DNA of 64,000 nt from Azolla caroliniana (taxonomy: Eukaryota; Plantae; Polypodiophyta), in the NCBI GenBank assembly GCA_043228905.1, contig JBHGNT010000006.1:10478001-10542000 (forward strand). Reading direction: 5' to 3'. The position numbers and the translations under genes are program-made. Below are positions 52,801-64,000 of the stretch, piece by piece (the first letter of the stretch is position 1; every line of letters starts with the position of its first letter). The notes beneath the pieces are model-generated. The model worked only from the letters and a program-made list of their open reading frames with translations. It did not search any database and was not told where the DNA came from.

Positions 52801-54271
52801 GTCGTTGATGAATGTGACATACTTAGTATCGGCAACAGCGGAATGTTGCCATCTGTGCCGGTCCCCATGTCATCTAAATGTACTACATCCAGGATCCCTT
52901 TGCTCACATTCCTCTCTTTCGGGAATGGATGTCAGTGTTGTTTTCTAAATTGGCACACCTCACATACACCCGTAATCTCCTTCTCGGTAAAGTTCGGGAG
53001 TCCAATTACGACTCCTTTCGATTGCTTATTCTGTAGCTTCTTGAGATTAATGTGGCCAATTCGCTTGTGCCAGAGTTTCAGGTTGGTTTTGACATTAAGA
53101 CCTTTTGCATACATTGCCGACTTTACCTTGTTTGATTCGAGGATAAACATTCTGCCTTCTTGGCGACCGTGAGCAATGAGGCAACCTCCTTTTTCAATGA
53201 GGCACCCTTCATCATTGAACCGCACTTGCATCCCTTTTTCGACAATCTGGCCTACCGAGACCAAGTTTTTGGTGATGGTTGGGACATGGAAGACATTTTT
53301 GAGGTAGGTTTGTTTTCCGTCGTTCCCAAATGGGACGTTTCCGATGTGCCATATTGAATGAGTTGCGTCATCGCCTGTTTCAACATAACCGGGCCGATCG
53401 GGCTTTCGTAATTCTCGGAACCAATATTCATGAGACGTCATATGATTGGACGCTCCTGAGTCAACGAACCATACATTATCCGAGGTTGAGGTGCTTGTCT
53501 CACCTTGTGTCGACATCGAATGTGCCTTGTGCCTCATCATAAACATTCTGCATCGATCATCGTAGTTGGAATTCGAGGCGTAATTCCTAAGTTATCGACT
53601 AGTCGACACCGAGTCTCATATCTTTTATTGGCACTCCTCTTCATAGTGGTCGAGTTTTCCACAGTTCCCGCATTCGATCGGGTTGCTATGATTGCTCGGT
53701 CCAGTAGCAGGATAGCTCCCCCTTTTGCCGAACTCTCGGGCATTGCTCCTGTCATCTTGCCACTGGTGAGAATTGCGTTCTCAGGTCAAGTGACTCTATT
53801 GCCCTCGACCAAATCCTCTTCTATCATCTAACTGTGATTAGAGCATCTGACCATCCAATGCATTGCTCCTTTGTCAGGCATGGTTTTCTTCCACCAATAA
53901 TATCGATTGAAGGTCGAAAAGGAAGGTGGGTTCTCCCTTGCAAGAATGGCCGATCTGATCGTGCCGAATCGTGGTGCTAAACCGCTGAGGCATATTTGCA
54001 CCATTTCGTCATCATCGATCCGAGGGCATCACACACCTCCTTGATCTTCAAGGTATAGCTTGTGATCGACATATCCCTCTGTTGCATGTTGTTTAGCTCC
54101 TATCGAAGTTGGAGCTTTCGTGCAGTTGTATTGGCCGAAAAAATCTTCTTTAGATTTCCCCAAGCTTCTTTTGGTGTTTTCAAATCTTGAATATAGGCAA
54201 GCATGTGATCATGAACGCATGACACAAGGCAGTACAACACACGGCTCACGACCTGCTCCCACGCTGGGAAG

Positions 54272-55850
54272 ATTCGGGACACGGTGGCCCGAAACATCAA
54301 GCGGGGAGGAGACGAGCGGCGAGAGACGGAGCGGTAAGGTGCCGTGATCGGCGGATGAACGGCGGGAGAGAAGGATGGTGCACGGAGAACAAAGGGGTAC
54401 ACGTCGGGAAGAGAAAGCGCGGCGTCCTGGGGGACATGCGAGGCCAAGAGGGCGCAAGTCGAGGTGAAGCGGTAACAAGAGCCACGAAGGACACCGACAC
54501 AGAGGTCGGTATGATGGTATGCTCTACGGCGAGAGAGCACGACAAGCAAGGGGGGAGCGAGGAGCGCGTAATGGGGTCGCCTAAGGACTGAAGAACGGGC
54601 GCACGGGAAGAGCCTACGGAAGGCGAGCGCGGAGTGGAGAGAGTCAGCACGCGGAGGTGTTCGGGACGCGAAGACGATCAAATTGACGGAGGGACATACG
54701 TGGCACGCAAGGCGTGGAATCCGTCTTACAACCGAAGTGACCGGGGGCCCAATCGAAGGACATCCATGGCGAACAAAGTCGGAGTGGCCGGGTCGACAAC
54801 GGTGTCTGGGAGGACCGATCGGAGAGGAAGGTGCGAACGTCAGATATGGCGGATCAGATGGAGTCGGTGGTTCGGGGACACACGGTGGACCTAGTGGATC
54901 AGATCGAGCGAACAGATCGGGGCCGGAAGGAGCCGGCAAGGCGGTCGAGTGCCGGGACGGCGGAGGACCTAGTTGATCACCGTCGCCAAAATCTCTCACC
55001 TTTTCCCTCTTGGCACATACCGGTGGATGTGCGGTTTGGTCGGGGCGGATGTCATGAAAATTTCCAACTACGGTGAGAAAACCGGGAGGGACAAATAAAA
55101 CGGGGATGTGCAACATTGCACATGCACTTCTAAATTTGTGTAATAAGAATAAGTAAACAAAATGTAATGGGAAGAGTAATAATCTAAGGAGCTAAAGGTG
55201 CACCACGAAGTTCGTAGAGGCATAAATGTGATGTGCACTTTGTAGAGTAGAATGAGTAGTGAGCTCGTGTAAAAAGTAAGAGAGAGGAGAGGTAAAAAGT
55301 AGAGGGGAGACAGGCTAAGAATTTATAGAGATAGAATCATATGTTATATAAGAGAGACTTAATGGGCTAGTGGATAGTCACATTGACTTCTAGCTAGGGG
55401 TGCATAGTTCAAATCTAGTCTTACAATGTAGCGTGATTTAAGGAATTTTATTCCATTTTTTGCACCAAAGACAAAATTGACGACCCCCCTTCCTTTTTTG
55501 CTATAAAAGGAGGTCGAGGGGGGCTCATTTGGGGTTGCCTATTTAGGGTTTCTATGCTTCTTACTTTACTTATCCGATTAGGGTTTTCTTGTCGACATTT
55601 AGTGCGGCCTATGTGGCCTTGGTTGCAATCATTTTTGTGGACTCTTAATATAGCATGTTGATGTTCTTGTCTTGTTGGTGTATCTTGCCTCCATCTATTC
55701 TATTCTATTCTATGTTTATGTGCTATTCTTCCTCGTCTCCTCTTGACCTAAGCTTCCATTTTGTGTCTTATTCCTTCTCCTCTACTCCCTAGTCCAAGAC
55801 CCCCATGGTCCCGCATCGGATCCTACACGTACTCACGGAATACCGCGATA
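54272..55850 (+). mobile_element. Truncated LTR-element fragment (GC-rich 3' internal region plus ~800-bp LTR, 55050-55850) inside Copia-2 gag
   Basis: Copia gag homology to Copia-1 breaks at ~54272 and resumes at 55851. A purine-rich GGGGCGGA precedes TGTCATG (55050), TATAAAA lies at 55502, and the end is CGCGATA. No TSD at the left junction. Confidence 0.6.
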
Positions 55851-56947
55851 GCGTGTGTCGGGTTGGGTTGCGTTTCGTGAGCTCCCTCGATGTAGCTCCA
55901 ATAACCTTGTCCGACAAGGTACTAATGCATCTTGTACTCCCAAGATGCGAAGTTTGTCCTATCGAGCTTCTTCGTAGGAAGAGCACTTCCCATCTCAGTA
56001 TTCATGATGATTTCTTCTCTATTTTGGAACCGGTTTCATTTGTTCATCGGTGTGTAGCACAACACAGTTGATTAAGCTTGATTAGATAACCACACGCTTT
56101 GATACCATGTAAAGAATGAGAGGCGTAGATGGTGCTATGCAGCGGGAGTGAGCTTTGTGTGTGAGTGTGTGCACACGTGATGCAACACAGAGAGAGAGAG
56201 GGGGCGGGGGGGGGGGGGGGGGAGAGCTCTAAACAAGAAAATTGTATATTACCTCCAACACCAACTAAGCTACAAAGGGTTGGTTTAAATACCAACTAGT
56301 CTAGGGCAAATGCCCTTTCTACTAATTACTGAAATGTCCTAGTTAGTTGCCCGCTGCCTAGTGTGAACACTATTCCTATGGGAAGTTGAGTTCAATTCTC
56401 AACATTAGGAAAGTCTTTAAATTTTTGAAATATAAAAACAATGAAATATTTTAAATTTAAAAATTGAATTTTGATCTAAGTTGTAAACCAAAACCAAACC
56501 ATGAAACCGCGGTTTTAACGGTTTCAGGGTTCGGTTCGGTTCGGTTGAGGATTCAAAAAATTTTAACGGTTCAGTTTGGACACTCTCAAACTGATCCGAA
56601 CTGTTGCCAATTGTTACTTTTTACAAGCATTTTTGCTCAACCACAACAACGATGAACGAAAATGGTAAACCCCACAAGAACTTCCCAATAATGAGGATTG
56701 GTGAACCCCAACACGAAAGATTTGAGGATTGCTATGGTTTTTGTTTATCAAACTTACAAAATGGGTTTCAATCCCACTTTCACAACTTTGTTACACCATA
56801 ATTAACAACTTTGTTCCCAACGTACATGTCACATTGATGTATCGAGTAATTATCGTGCAATCTCCAAAGAATCAACATCATTGGTATCAAATTCATGACC
56901 TCACAATTCCAAAATAGTTGTCGTACCCACCTCAACAATTGCCTCAG

Positions 56948-57138
56948 TGACACTATTTTTCATGACATACTAGTGATAAGCTAGTGGGCTATTAGCATAA
57001 ATTCTTTTATAATAATGTGCTCGACTCAATGACACCCACTCTCTCTCTTGCTCTTGACACTATTTTTTTTCATGACATACTAGTGATAAGCTAGTGGGCT
57101 ATTAACATAACTTCTCTTATAATGTGCTCGACTCAATG
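56948..57138. repeat. Short direct duplication (~107-bp period) upstream of the CPOX gene
   Basis: TGACACTATTTTT..CATGACATACTAGTGATAAGCTAGTGGGCTATTA...AATGTGCTCGACTCAATG occurs twice. Confidence 0.85.
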
Positions 57139-57280
57139 GGTTATCAACTCAAGGTGACACACACACACTCTCTCTCTCTCTCTTTATTGTAATTAGAGTA
57201 AGTTGTTACAATTCAAGCACAACATCTTCGGTTTGAAACCCAAATTTCTCACCTCTTTATTACATACATCATCTTAATTC

Positions 57281-57360
57281 ACTAGATGCCATTGTGGAAT
57301 GTAAGGATTGGACCCATGACCTCATGGTATCTATTGGGCAACTTTACCAACTAAGCTACT
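57281..57360 (-). mobile_element. tRNA-derived SINE-like repeat (second, degenerate copy at 60972-61051 on +)
   Basis: The minus strand reads GTAGCTTAGTTGGTAAAG...GAGGTCATGGGTCCAATCC (A/B-box-like), then ATTCCACAATGGCATCTAGT. The same tail follows GTAGCTCAGCTGGTA at 60973-61050. Confidence 0.55.
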
Positions 57361-57942
57361 CTCTATCTCCACCTTTATGTGGATCATTTGACTTTTGAAG
57401 ACGATAATAAAATCTATCCGTCTCTCCATGGGCTAGGCCTTGTCTCATAGATTGCAATTGGTCTCTTGTGGACGATAAAATGATAGCTATGTATCTCCAA
57501 TCTCAACTACGAACCTAAGACCCCATGTCAACTATGAACTCATGACGACCTCACTATTTGAAAACAATTGACATAACCATCTCAACATATATATGGTCCT
57601 AATTGACATGCACAAGCACACAATGAAGGAGGAGTATGTGTGTGAATCACAATCTCTTTCTGGTCAGTCTAATCTCTAGTATGTGATTTAGCGATCTCAA
57701 CTGTGTCTCTCGCAGAGAAGGGCATGATGTGTCTCGAGCAGGGTCCAAGTGGCCTCATATAAACTACAATGTGTCTTAGAGGAGAAAATATATGTATGTA
57801 CATACATTCTCAATATGCTTTGGAGTCTACTACTACTACTACTACTAGATTATTCATCCTCAAGAAATGAGGCTACTGAAGAAGAAGGTCTTTGGGAGTT
57901 ATGTATGTATGGCTCCTCTCTGGCTCTTATAACCCAACAACC

Positions 57943-60900
57943 ATGGCTGCCTCCTTCACCATAGGTGGTCCATCATGCCCACTCCCTTCCACCCAATTTC
58001 ACAGAGGTCCCACCCAGTGGCCACTCAGAGCATCACCATTAACATCACCCACCTCTTCTTCAATTCATTTCTCTAGAGAAATCTTCGAATCCTTCCTCCT
58101 GAGCACCCAAGAATCTATATGCACTGAGGTAATGTCCCTCCTATATCTGAAAGAGAGAGGGAGAGAGAGAGTTTCTATGTCAATTTTTAGTCTTGCAAAC
58201 CTATTGGTCTGTTTCTTCTCATCGTAGCTGGCGTCAGTTGATGGGAGTAGGAAACAGTTCTGCAAGGATGAATGGATGAGAGGCGACGATCCTGCCAATG
58301 GGTACAACTACTATTTTCCTTCAAATCTGTATCAAATCTCTCATACATGTTTTCTTCAGTATTTAACTAAATCAAAAGAGTTCGTTTTTCTCTTCTTCCT
58401 ATATATGTATTCGAAATTTCACACGCAATATAATATCTGGTACCAACGGAAAATTTATATTTTGTTTTCAAAGACATGAGAGCAGAAAAGGCAATGAACC
58501 TCTGATAGAGCACTGTGACATCGGAAAGTTTTGTAGAGTATATCAATATTTTTCTTCCAATGATTGTGGCATACTCTTTTCGTGAAATTTAATGCTGAGG
58601 TTAGGATTTGCTGAAGAACCCAGACCTTTGTTTCTTGTAAAAGATATTGTATAATACAATCCATAGGCAATACACGCAAAAAATTTATATTTGGCTGCAT
58701 GAACAATTCGATGTTGTCCATGGCAGACCAATCAAATGAGAAACACAGAAAAGTCACAATAGGCAATGGAACTTGCGTCATGTGATGCATCACGCGAATG
58801 CCAAACTCATCTCTCCCTCTCTCAATGTGCATTACTTTTTATTTGCATAGAAGCCAATTTTTTTTAACAAAGATTCCATTTACACACTAGTTCTTAAAAG
58901 CCATGTGGATTCTGGAGAATGGCATGTCACCTACACAAAGCCAGGGGCCTATTTCTTGGGGTTTCTTTCCCAATACTGTCATTATAGATAGGTAGATAGT
59001 TTTTATTATTGTCTTGACCCTACACACAAGTTTACACACAAGTTTAGGGTTTATAAGTGATGCGGGACCAAAACAGCCCATAAGTCCAATCACGAGGGTA
59101 CATCGTAAAATGTTTTCTTGTCTTTGGAAACAACAAACCAAAATACATGTAATGACATAAAATTTAAATAAAAATAAAAATAAAAAAAAATAAAAAAAAA
59201 ATAAAAAAAAAAATAAAATAAAAATAAAATAAAAATAAAATAAAAATAAAATAAAATCAATTAAATTGTCATTTCTTTCTTCAAAAGATCGTCAACACAT
59301 GTTGATCCAGCACCTATGATAACGGGAGATAATGGCATGATGCCAAGAGTGGTGTCCATCGGGCCGGGGTCTACATGCACGGCAAGTTTCTGTTGCCCGA
59401 TGTATTGTAACCTCTTTGCAGTGTCCTGGTCAGGACCCACTTGTGTTGCCCTTGATTGACTTGCAACATGAGTACGAGTGACGGAGTTAAATAAAGTTTT
59501 GATTGTGCTTTGTTGATGAGCTTGTGTGGTTATATTGTTGTCCTTCAACAAATTTTTCCTATGTCTCCTAAATTCTAGCAAGAACAGTCCCAAGTAGGAA
59601 TCGGCAATGGTTTGGTCTCGGCGTAACCGGTTTGGCCTTGTTCAAACCAAACCAATTAAGCCTTAACAGGTTAGAAGTTTACAAACTTGAACCAAACCAA
59701 TTAACCCTTAACCGGTTTGGCCCAAACTGGTTTGGTTAGGCTTGAGCCTTGCCACACTGAGGTCAAACCGTTTAAGAAATCTCAAGCCTGAACCAAGCCA
59801 AACCGAACCTCCAAACTGCCATTGCCGACTCCTAGTCCCAAGTATTGTTGGTAATCATATTCCATTATCTTGTGTAGTGTGTCAAAACCGTTTGGTTAAA
59901 GAGGCAATAGTATTTCATTCTTATTTCATAGAAAATAGTACAATTGCAATCATAGTGCCCTTTGAATTCCACTCTCTGATGGCACAATTGGCAGATTCTT
60001 TCTTCCATAGGTGTGCATTCATATCTGCCTACCTCAATTTCGAACTAATGTAAAGAGGTCTGCAACCACCCTATCACAGTGTGGAGTGCATGCAATAGTT
60101 GTAAATCCATACTAGAGGGTTTCATGACGAATCCATCCTTGGCTGAGTGTAAAATATGTGCCTTATAGTGGACCAACATCCAAACTAAGAGAACTTGTGG
60201 AGCTGATCCATATTTTCCTGTTATCTGATATGATAAAAATCAATGTGGATCACTCTATTCTTTTGCATTTAGAGCAAGTTTAGATGGGGACAATCCAAGC
60301 TATATTGGAATAGGGGTACCGTACTTATGCTTATGCCATGTGACTTGAACCATTGTTGCGTTTCAGCATACCAATAATGATAATCTCTAAGTTTGGCAAG
60401 TTGTTTTGATGAAATAAGTGCCAACCTTGAGTACCTTTGTTTAGGACCTCCCAAAGCCATTGCATATGGGTGATTGGGCAGAGTAAAGCCTTTGTGATTA
60501 TTGGGGCTGCTCCCATCTCTAGCTGATTTATATCATGAGGTACCGATGCTTTGCATCTTATCATTCAAGCGATCATGGAGGCTAAAGTTCGGGTCATTGG
60601 GTAGACATGCAATGATTTATATCATGGAGTATCGATGCATTGCATTTTATCATTCAGGCAACATCGAGGCTAAAGTTCTTTCCAAATCTGTCCATTTTTT
60701 CACCTTCTGAAGACACAGTTCCTAGGTTTCTACTCTGTAGAGAAGAACCAGTGTCACAAGTGTATCATGTATCATAACCATAGGGAGAACCAAGGCCTTG
60801 TGAATGTTTCTCCTTGGAATGCATAGGATCATGTATATGCCACCTTTTCTTCTTCCAAGAGGAAATCTGGTTTTGATCTCGTTACTCATGCTCGAGTAGT

Positions 60901-63811
60901 TTTAAACACCATCTCAATACTTTTATCAAGTTTAATGACAAACCTTTGTTTGTACACGAGAGAGAAAGGATTGTAGCTCAGCTGGTATGGTTGTCCGGCG
61001 GAGATGAGAAAATAATGTTTTCACTCCCTATATTCCACAATGGCATCTAGTAAAGTATTACATGAATTGAGATTTGAACCTGGATGTATGGGTTAGTAAA
61101 AACTTCACTTATCACTAGATTATAGCCCTAATACTAAAATAGAAGATAAATCATAGCCAACATTGGCTCCAAGAATTAAACACAAACGAACTAGAGGAAA
61201 CAGTGGGGGATATTAGTCCTTGTGTGGTATGAGCTGCTACATATCCTGAAAGAGTTTCTGATTTCACTCTCGACTATATTACGTTGCATCACGTGTCATC
61301 GCAAAGGTTATATATGTTGTTTTTGAGCTAAGGTTAGGGGCTTCTGTTTATCTACCAGTGTAGGTAGAACTTTGATCTTCAGGTGAAGTCCTGGAAGTCG
61401 GTTGGCCATCTCTCACATACCAGAATCCTTCCAACTCAAAAGGCAGATGCATTTATCACACTTCTTATTTAATCAAGCTACTTCTTAGAGAATGTATCCG
61501 GAGTCCCCTTTCCTCCAATTGTTGATGGGGGCGTGATAGTGATCATGGGGAGAAGCAGGTACCATAGGTCTTGCTTCAGATTCTCCCTGACAGATGTTTC
61601 AGGGATAACCTTTTGCACACCATTAAGCTCCCTTCAAGACCCCACAGGCTTCAAAAAGGAACTGCCTTACTCATTACAGGATCATTGGTTCTCAAAGGCG
61701 TGGACTATCCTTGGGTATCAGTGATATCAATAGGGATGCCGTTCGTGTTATGCCTGAAAACCACTCATGTAATAAACATATTGTTACCTGGTGGGACAAG
61801 TGTGACAAGTGTGAAACGCATCAAAGGAAGCCGAGGACTAACGGCCAAACAGGGGAAGCCGAACAGGGGAAGCCGAACGTTAAGGAAGGAACGGGTGGAA
61901 AGCGCCAAGCAGAAGGGGACTATATATATCGGAGATTAGCGAACACAGAAGGAGGAGGAAAAAGAGAGGACTAGGACAGGAATAGACGAATAGAGAGCGA
62001 GTGAATGTTGTACCTAAACCCCGTAACGACTCGGATAACGGTCTCGGCAGGACGTTGTGACCTCAACTCTCCTTCACACCACAATACCTTGATCCGATTA
62101 CTCAGGAGGGGTAATCGAAGGTGTTTTCTCCAGGAAGGAGTAACACATATTTTAACTCCCCTTTTGCATATACTTATAGGTAAGTTTGTTGTGCTTATAG
62201 TATGTGTTTATATAACTATGTGTGTACAGATCTGATTGTTGTAAGCTTATTGCGCTTATAATATTAGAAATGTTTTGCCACCCATCCTTCTCCAAAAAAG
62301 AGAAGATTGTATTTAGTGTGGTATCACGTATTCTCTCTTATGTGCATTAATGAAGGTGTCTTACAATGTATATTTCCCAAGAAGAGATTACATTTAAGTG
62401 TGGTAACTGAAGATTTATGTGCATTAAGGTCTCTCCAATAAATGTATAATATATATCTATATTTAATTTTAAGGTTCTCCTAATTTCCATGTTCTTGTTC
62501 AGTTATGGGATTACAAGGGTTCTCGAGGATGGTGACGTTATGGAGAAGGCGGCAGCAAATATATCTATCATTCGTGGATGTTTAACTGAAGCAAGAGCCA
62601 AGGTAGGTGAATATTTCCATGCTAATTCAATTTTCTTTCATCTTTGAAACTGTCATAATGAAAAACTGGTCAAGAAGATATAGATTTTCCATTCGTCATG
62701 GTTTTAGAATATTTTGACTCTTGTCCGACAAACTCAATGGTCCTTGTCCACATGTCATCATTTCATTTGTCCATTTCTTAATGACATCATGTGAGAAGGC
62801 AATTAGTGCCCGGGGTCGGAACATTGAAGCTGGTTCAGAATATTTTGCTGGTGCACTTTCTTTGGTTTTTCATCCTAAACATCCATACATCCCAACATTT
62901 CGAGCTGATGTGCGGTATTTCGAGGTAAATATAGGTTGGCTTGCTCTTTATTTCAGTTGATCTGATTATCCTTCTGTAAGATGTATGATTGATTATAAGG
63001 TCCATATGTTAAAAGGTTGGGGGACTTGGGTGGTTTGGCGGTGGGGCTGATTTGACACCTAATTGTAAGAGCCTGAGAAAGTACATGTTTAATGGATTTT
63101 CCCTTTAAAATACAAAAAAATGCTATTATGTTATGTGAGATTTTTTGTGTCTAAATTTCTAACATAAATAGATTGTTATAGATCTAGACATTGGTGATGC
63201 GTGCCAGTTCCATGGATTTTTGAAGCGGCTATGTGATAGATATGACTCCACTCTGTACACATCTGCAAAGAACACATGTGATTCCTACTTTTACCTTCCA
63301 TCACGAAGAGAACATCGAGGCATCGGAGGCATTTTCTTTGATGATCTCGAGTATTTGAACCCACAACCAGAATCAACAATATCAGGGCAAGACTCTTCTA
63401 CAAGGAAGTCAACAGTATTCAAGTTTGTAGCCGACCTTGGACAAGGGTTTTTACCAAGCTATTTGCCCATTATTGAGAAAAATAGGACCTTGCCATACAC
63501 TGAAAGAGAGAGGCAATGGCAGTTGCTTCGTCGAGGGCGCTACCTTGAATTCAATTTGCTGTATGATCGAGGGGTTAAGTTTGGCCTTGATGGTGGCCGT
63601 ATCGAGTCTATTATGGTATCAGGTGTGAGTTTTCATTATTTGTTTTGTCGAAATGGTTATGTAGTTTTTCTAGGTGAGTACTAAAAATTGTCACCTTGTT
63701 GGGGATGCAGCTCCCCCCATGATTGCTTGGAAATACAACGTTATACCAGAAAATGGTTCTCCAGAGGCTGAAATGCTTGAGGTTCTTCAAAACCCTCGTG
63801 CATGGACATAA
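57943..63811 (+). CDS. hemF: Oxygen-dependent coproporphyrinogen III oxidase family protein (divergent HemF/CPOX paralog), 358 aa; exons 57943-58128, 58228-58301, 62503-62602, 62799-62924, 63016-63064, 63182-63622, 63711-63811
   Basis: The spliced frame (1077 nt) is open with GT-AG introns. It has a Ser/Thr/Pro-rich plastid-type N-terminus and the motifs RVLEDGDVMEKAAAN, WFGGGADLTP, CDSYFYLPSRREHRGIGGIFFDD, QLLRRGRYLEFNLLYDRGVKFG, GRIESIM and PRAW. Confidence 0.92.
59160..59257. repeat. (AAAAT)n-like low-complexity tract in CPOX intron 2
   Basis: A-rich simple repeat seen directly. Confidence 0.9.
59595..59834. mobile_element. hAT-type MITE (240 bp) in CPOX intron 2
   Basis: TIRs TAGGAATCGGCAATGG / CCATTGCCGACTCCTA, 8-bp TSD GTCCCAAG (59587-59594, 59835-59842), and AACCG/AAACC subterminal repeats. 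Confidence 0.92.
61782..62145 (+). mobile_element. Solo LTR (364 bp) in CPOX intron 2
   Basis: Termini TGTTAC...GTAACA, 5-bp TSD CATAT (61777-61781, 62146-62150), and a TATA-like CTATATATA at ~61920. Confidence 0.88.
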
Positions 63812-64000
63812 CCTTTAAAGAAAATGTATTATTTGGAGCTATAAGTGAATGATTTGGGGTCCATAGCCTCTTTTTGAAAAAGCTCAAATGTTTTTGCAAA
63901 ATTGTCCTAGCAGTCTCAAAGCACAACGATATTCATTGTACATGAATGTTTCACTATAAGTAAAATACATTCTTAGAGTGGATATTGCTTGCGTATACAA

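Larger units (their letters stand above)
40963..56404 (-). mobile_element. Ty1/Copia LTR retrotransposon (Copia-2), degenerate; internal domain 50085-56107
   Basis: 5' LTR 56108-56404; 3' LTR split into 40963-~41045 and ~49873-50084; TSD TTAGA/TTAGG; PBS TGGTATCAAAGC (56096-56107). Motifs WFVDSGAS, LWHKRIGH, YWAEAANT, FKARLVAKG, QMDVKNAFL, YVDN and RNase H HYHFIRE. Related to Copia-1. Confidence 0.92.
40757..56616. mobile_element. hAT-type MITE split by the Copia-2 nest (arms 40757-40962 and 56405-56616)
   Basis: 8-bp TSD CTTTTTAC (40749-40756, 56617-56624), imperfect TIRs TAACAATCAGCAAC / GTTGCCAATTGTTA, and AACCG/CGGTT subterminal repeats in both arms. Confidence 0.82.

Noticed and set aside
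17377-63811. UGT + cysteine synthase + CPOX as a biosynthetic gene cluster
   Set aside because: No shared pathway is evident, two of the genes are primary-metabolism types, and no co-expression evidence is available from sequence.

Overview
Eukaryotic nuclear DNA, most consistent with a non-seed land plant such as a bryophyte or lycophyte (inferred from the transposon types and gene structure). There are three intron-containing host genes, all reconstructed exon by exon from splice signals and reading frame: a family-1 UDP-glycosyltransferase (minus, 2 exons, 495 aa), a cytosolic-type O-acetylserine(thiol)lyase/cysteine synthase (minus, 10 exons, 326 aa, one GC-AG intron), and a divergent HemF-family coproporphyrinogen III oxidase (plus, 7 exons, 358 aa). 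Most of the rest is transposon-derived: two Tcn1-like chromoviruses (one full length with TSD), two Copia elements, an APE-RT LINE plus fragments, a pol-less Tat-like element, a minisatellite-filled TRIM-like element, solo LTRs, hAT-type MITEs and a foldback element. Many junctions can be placed to the base by their TSDs, including a four-level nest (MITE > Copia > LINE > Tat-like). The most interesting signals are (1) a tRNA-like Pol III A-box/B-box module at the outer end of the chromovirus LTRs, recurring in other repeats; (2) a self-priming PBS complementary to the element's own predicted transcript 5' end; (3) a gag/pol junction with a stop codon shared by two copies just upstream of a G_TTA_AAC -1 slippery site; and (4) a coproporphyrinogen oxidase paralog with Arg in place of the usually conserved His.
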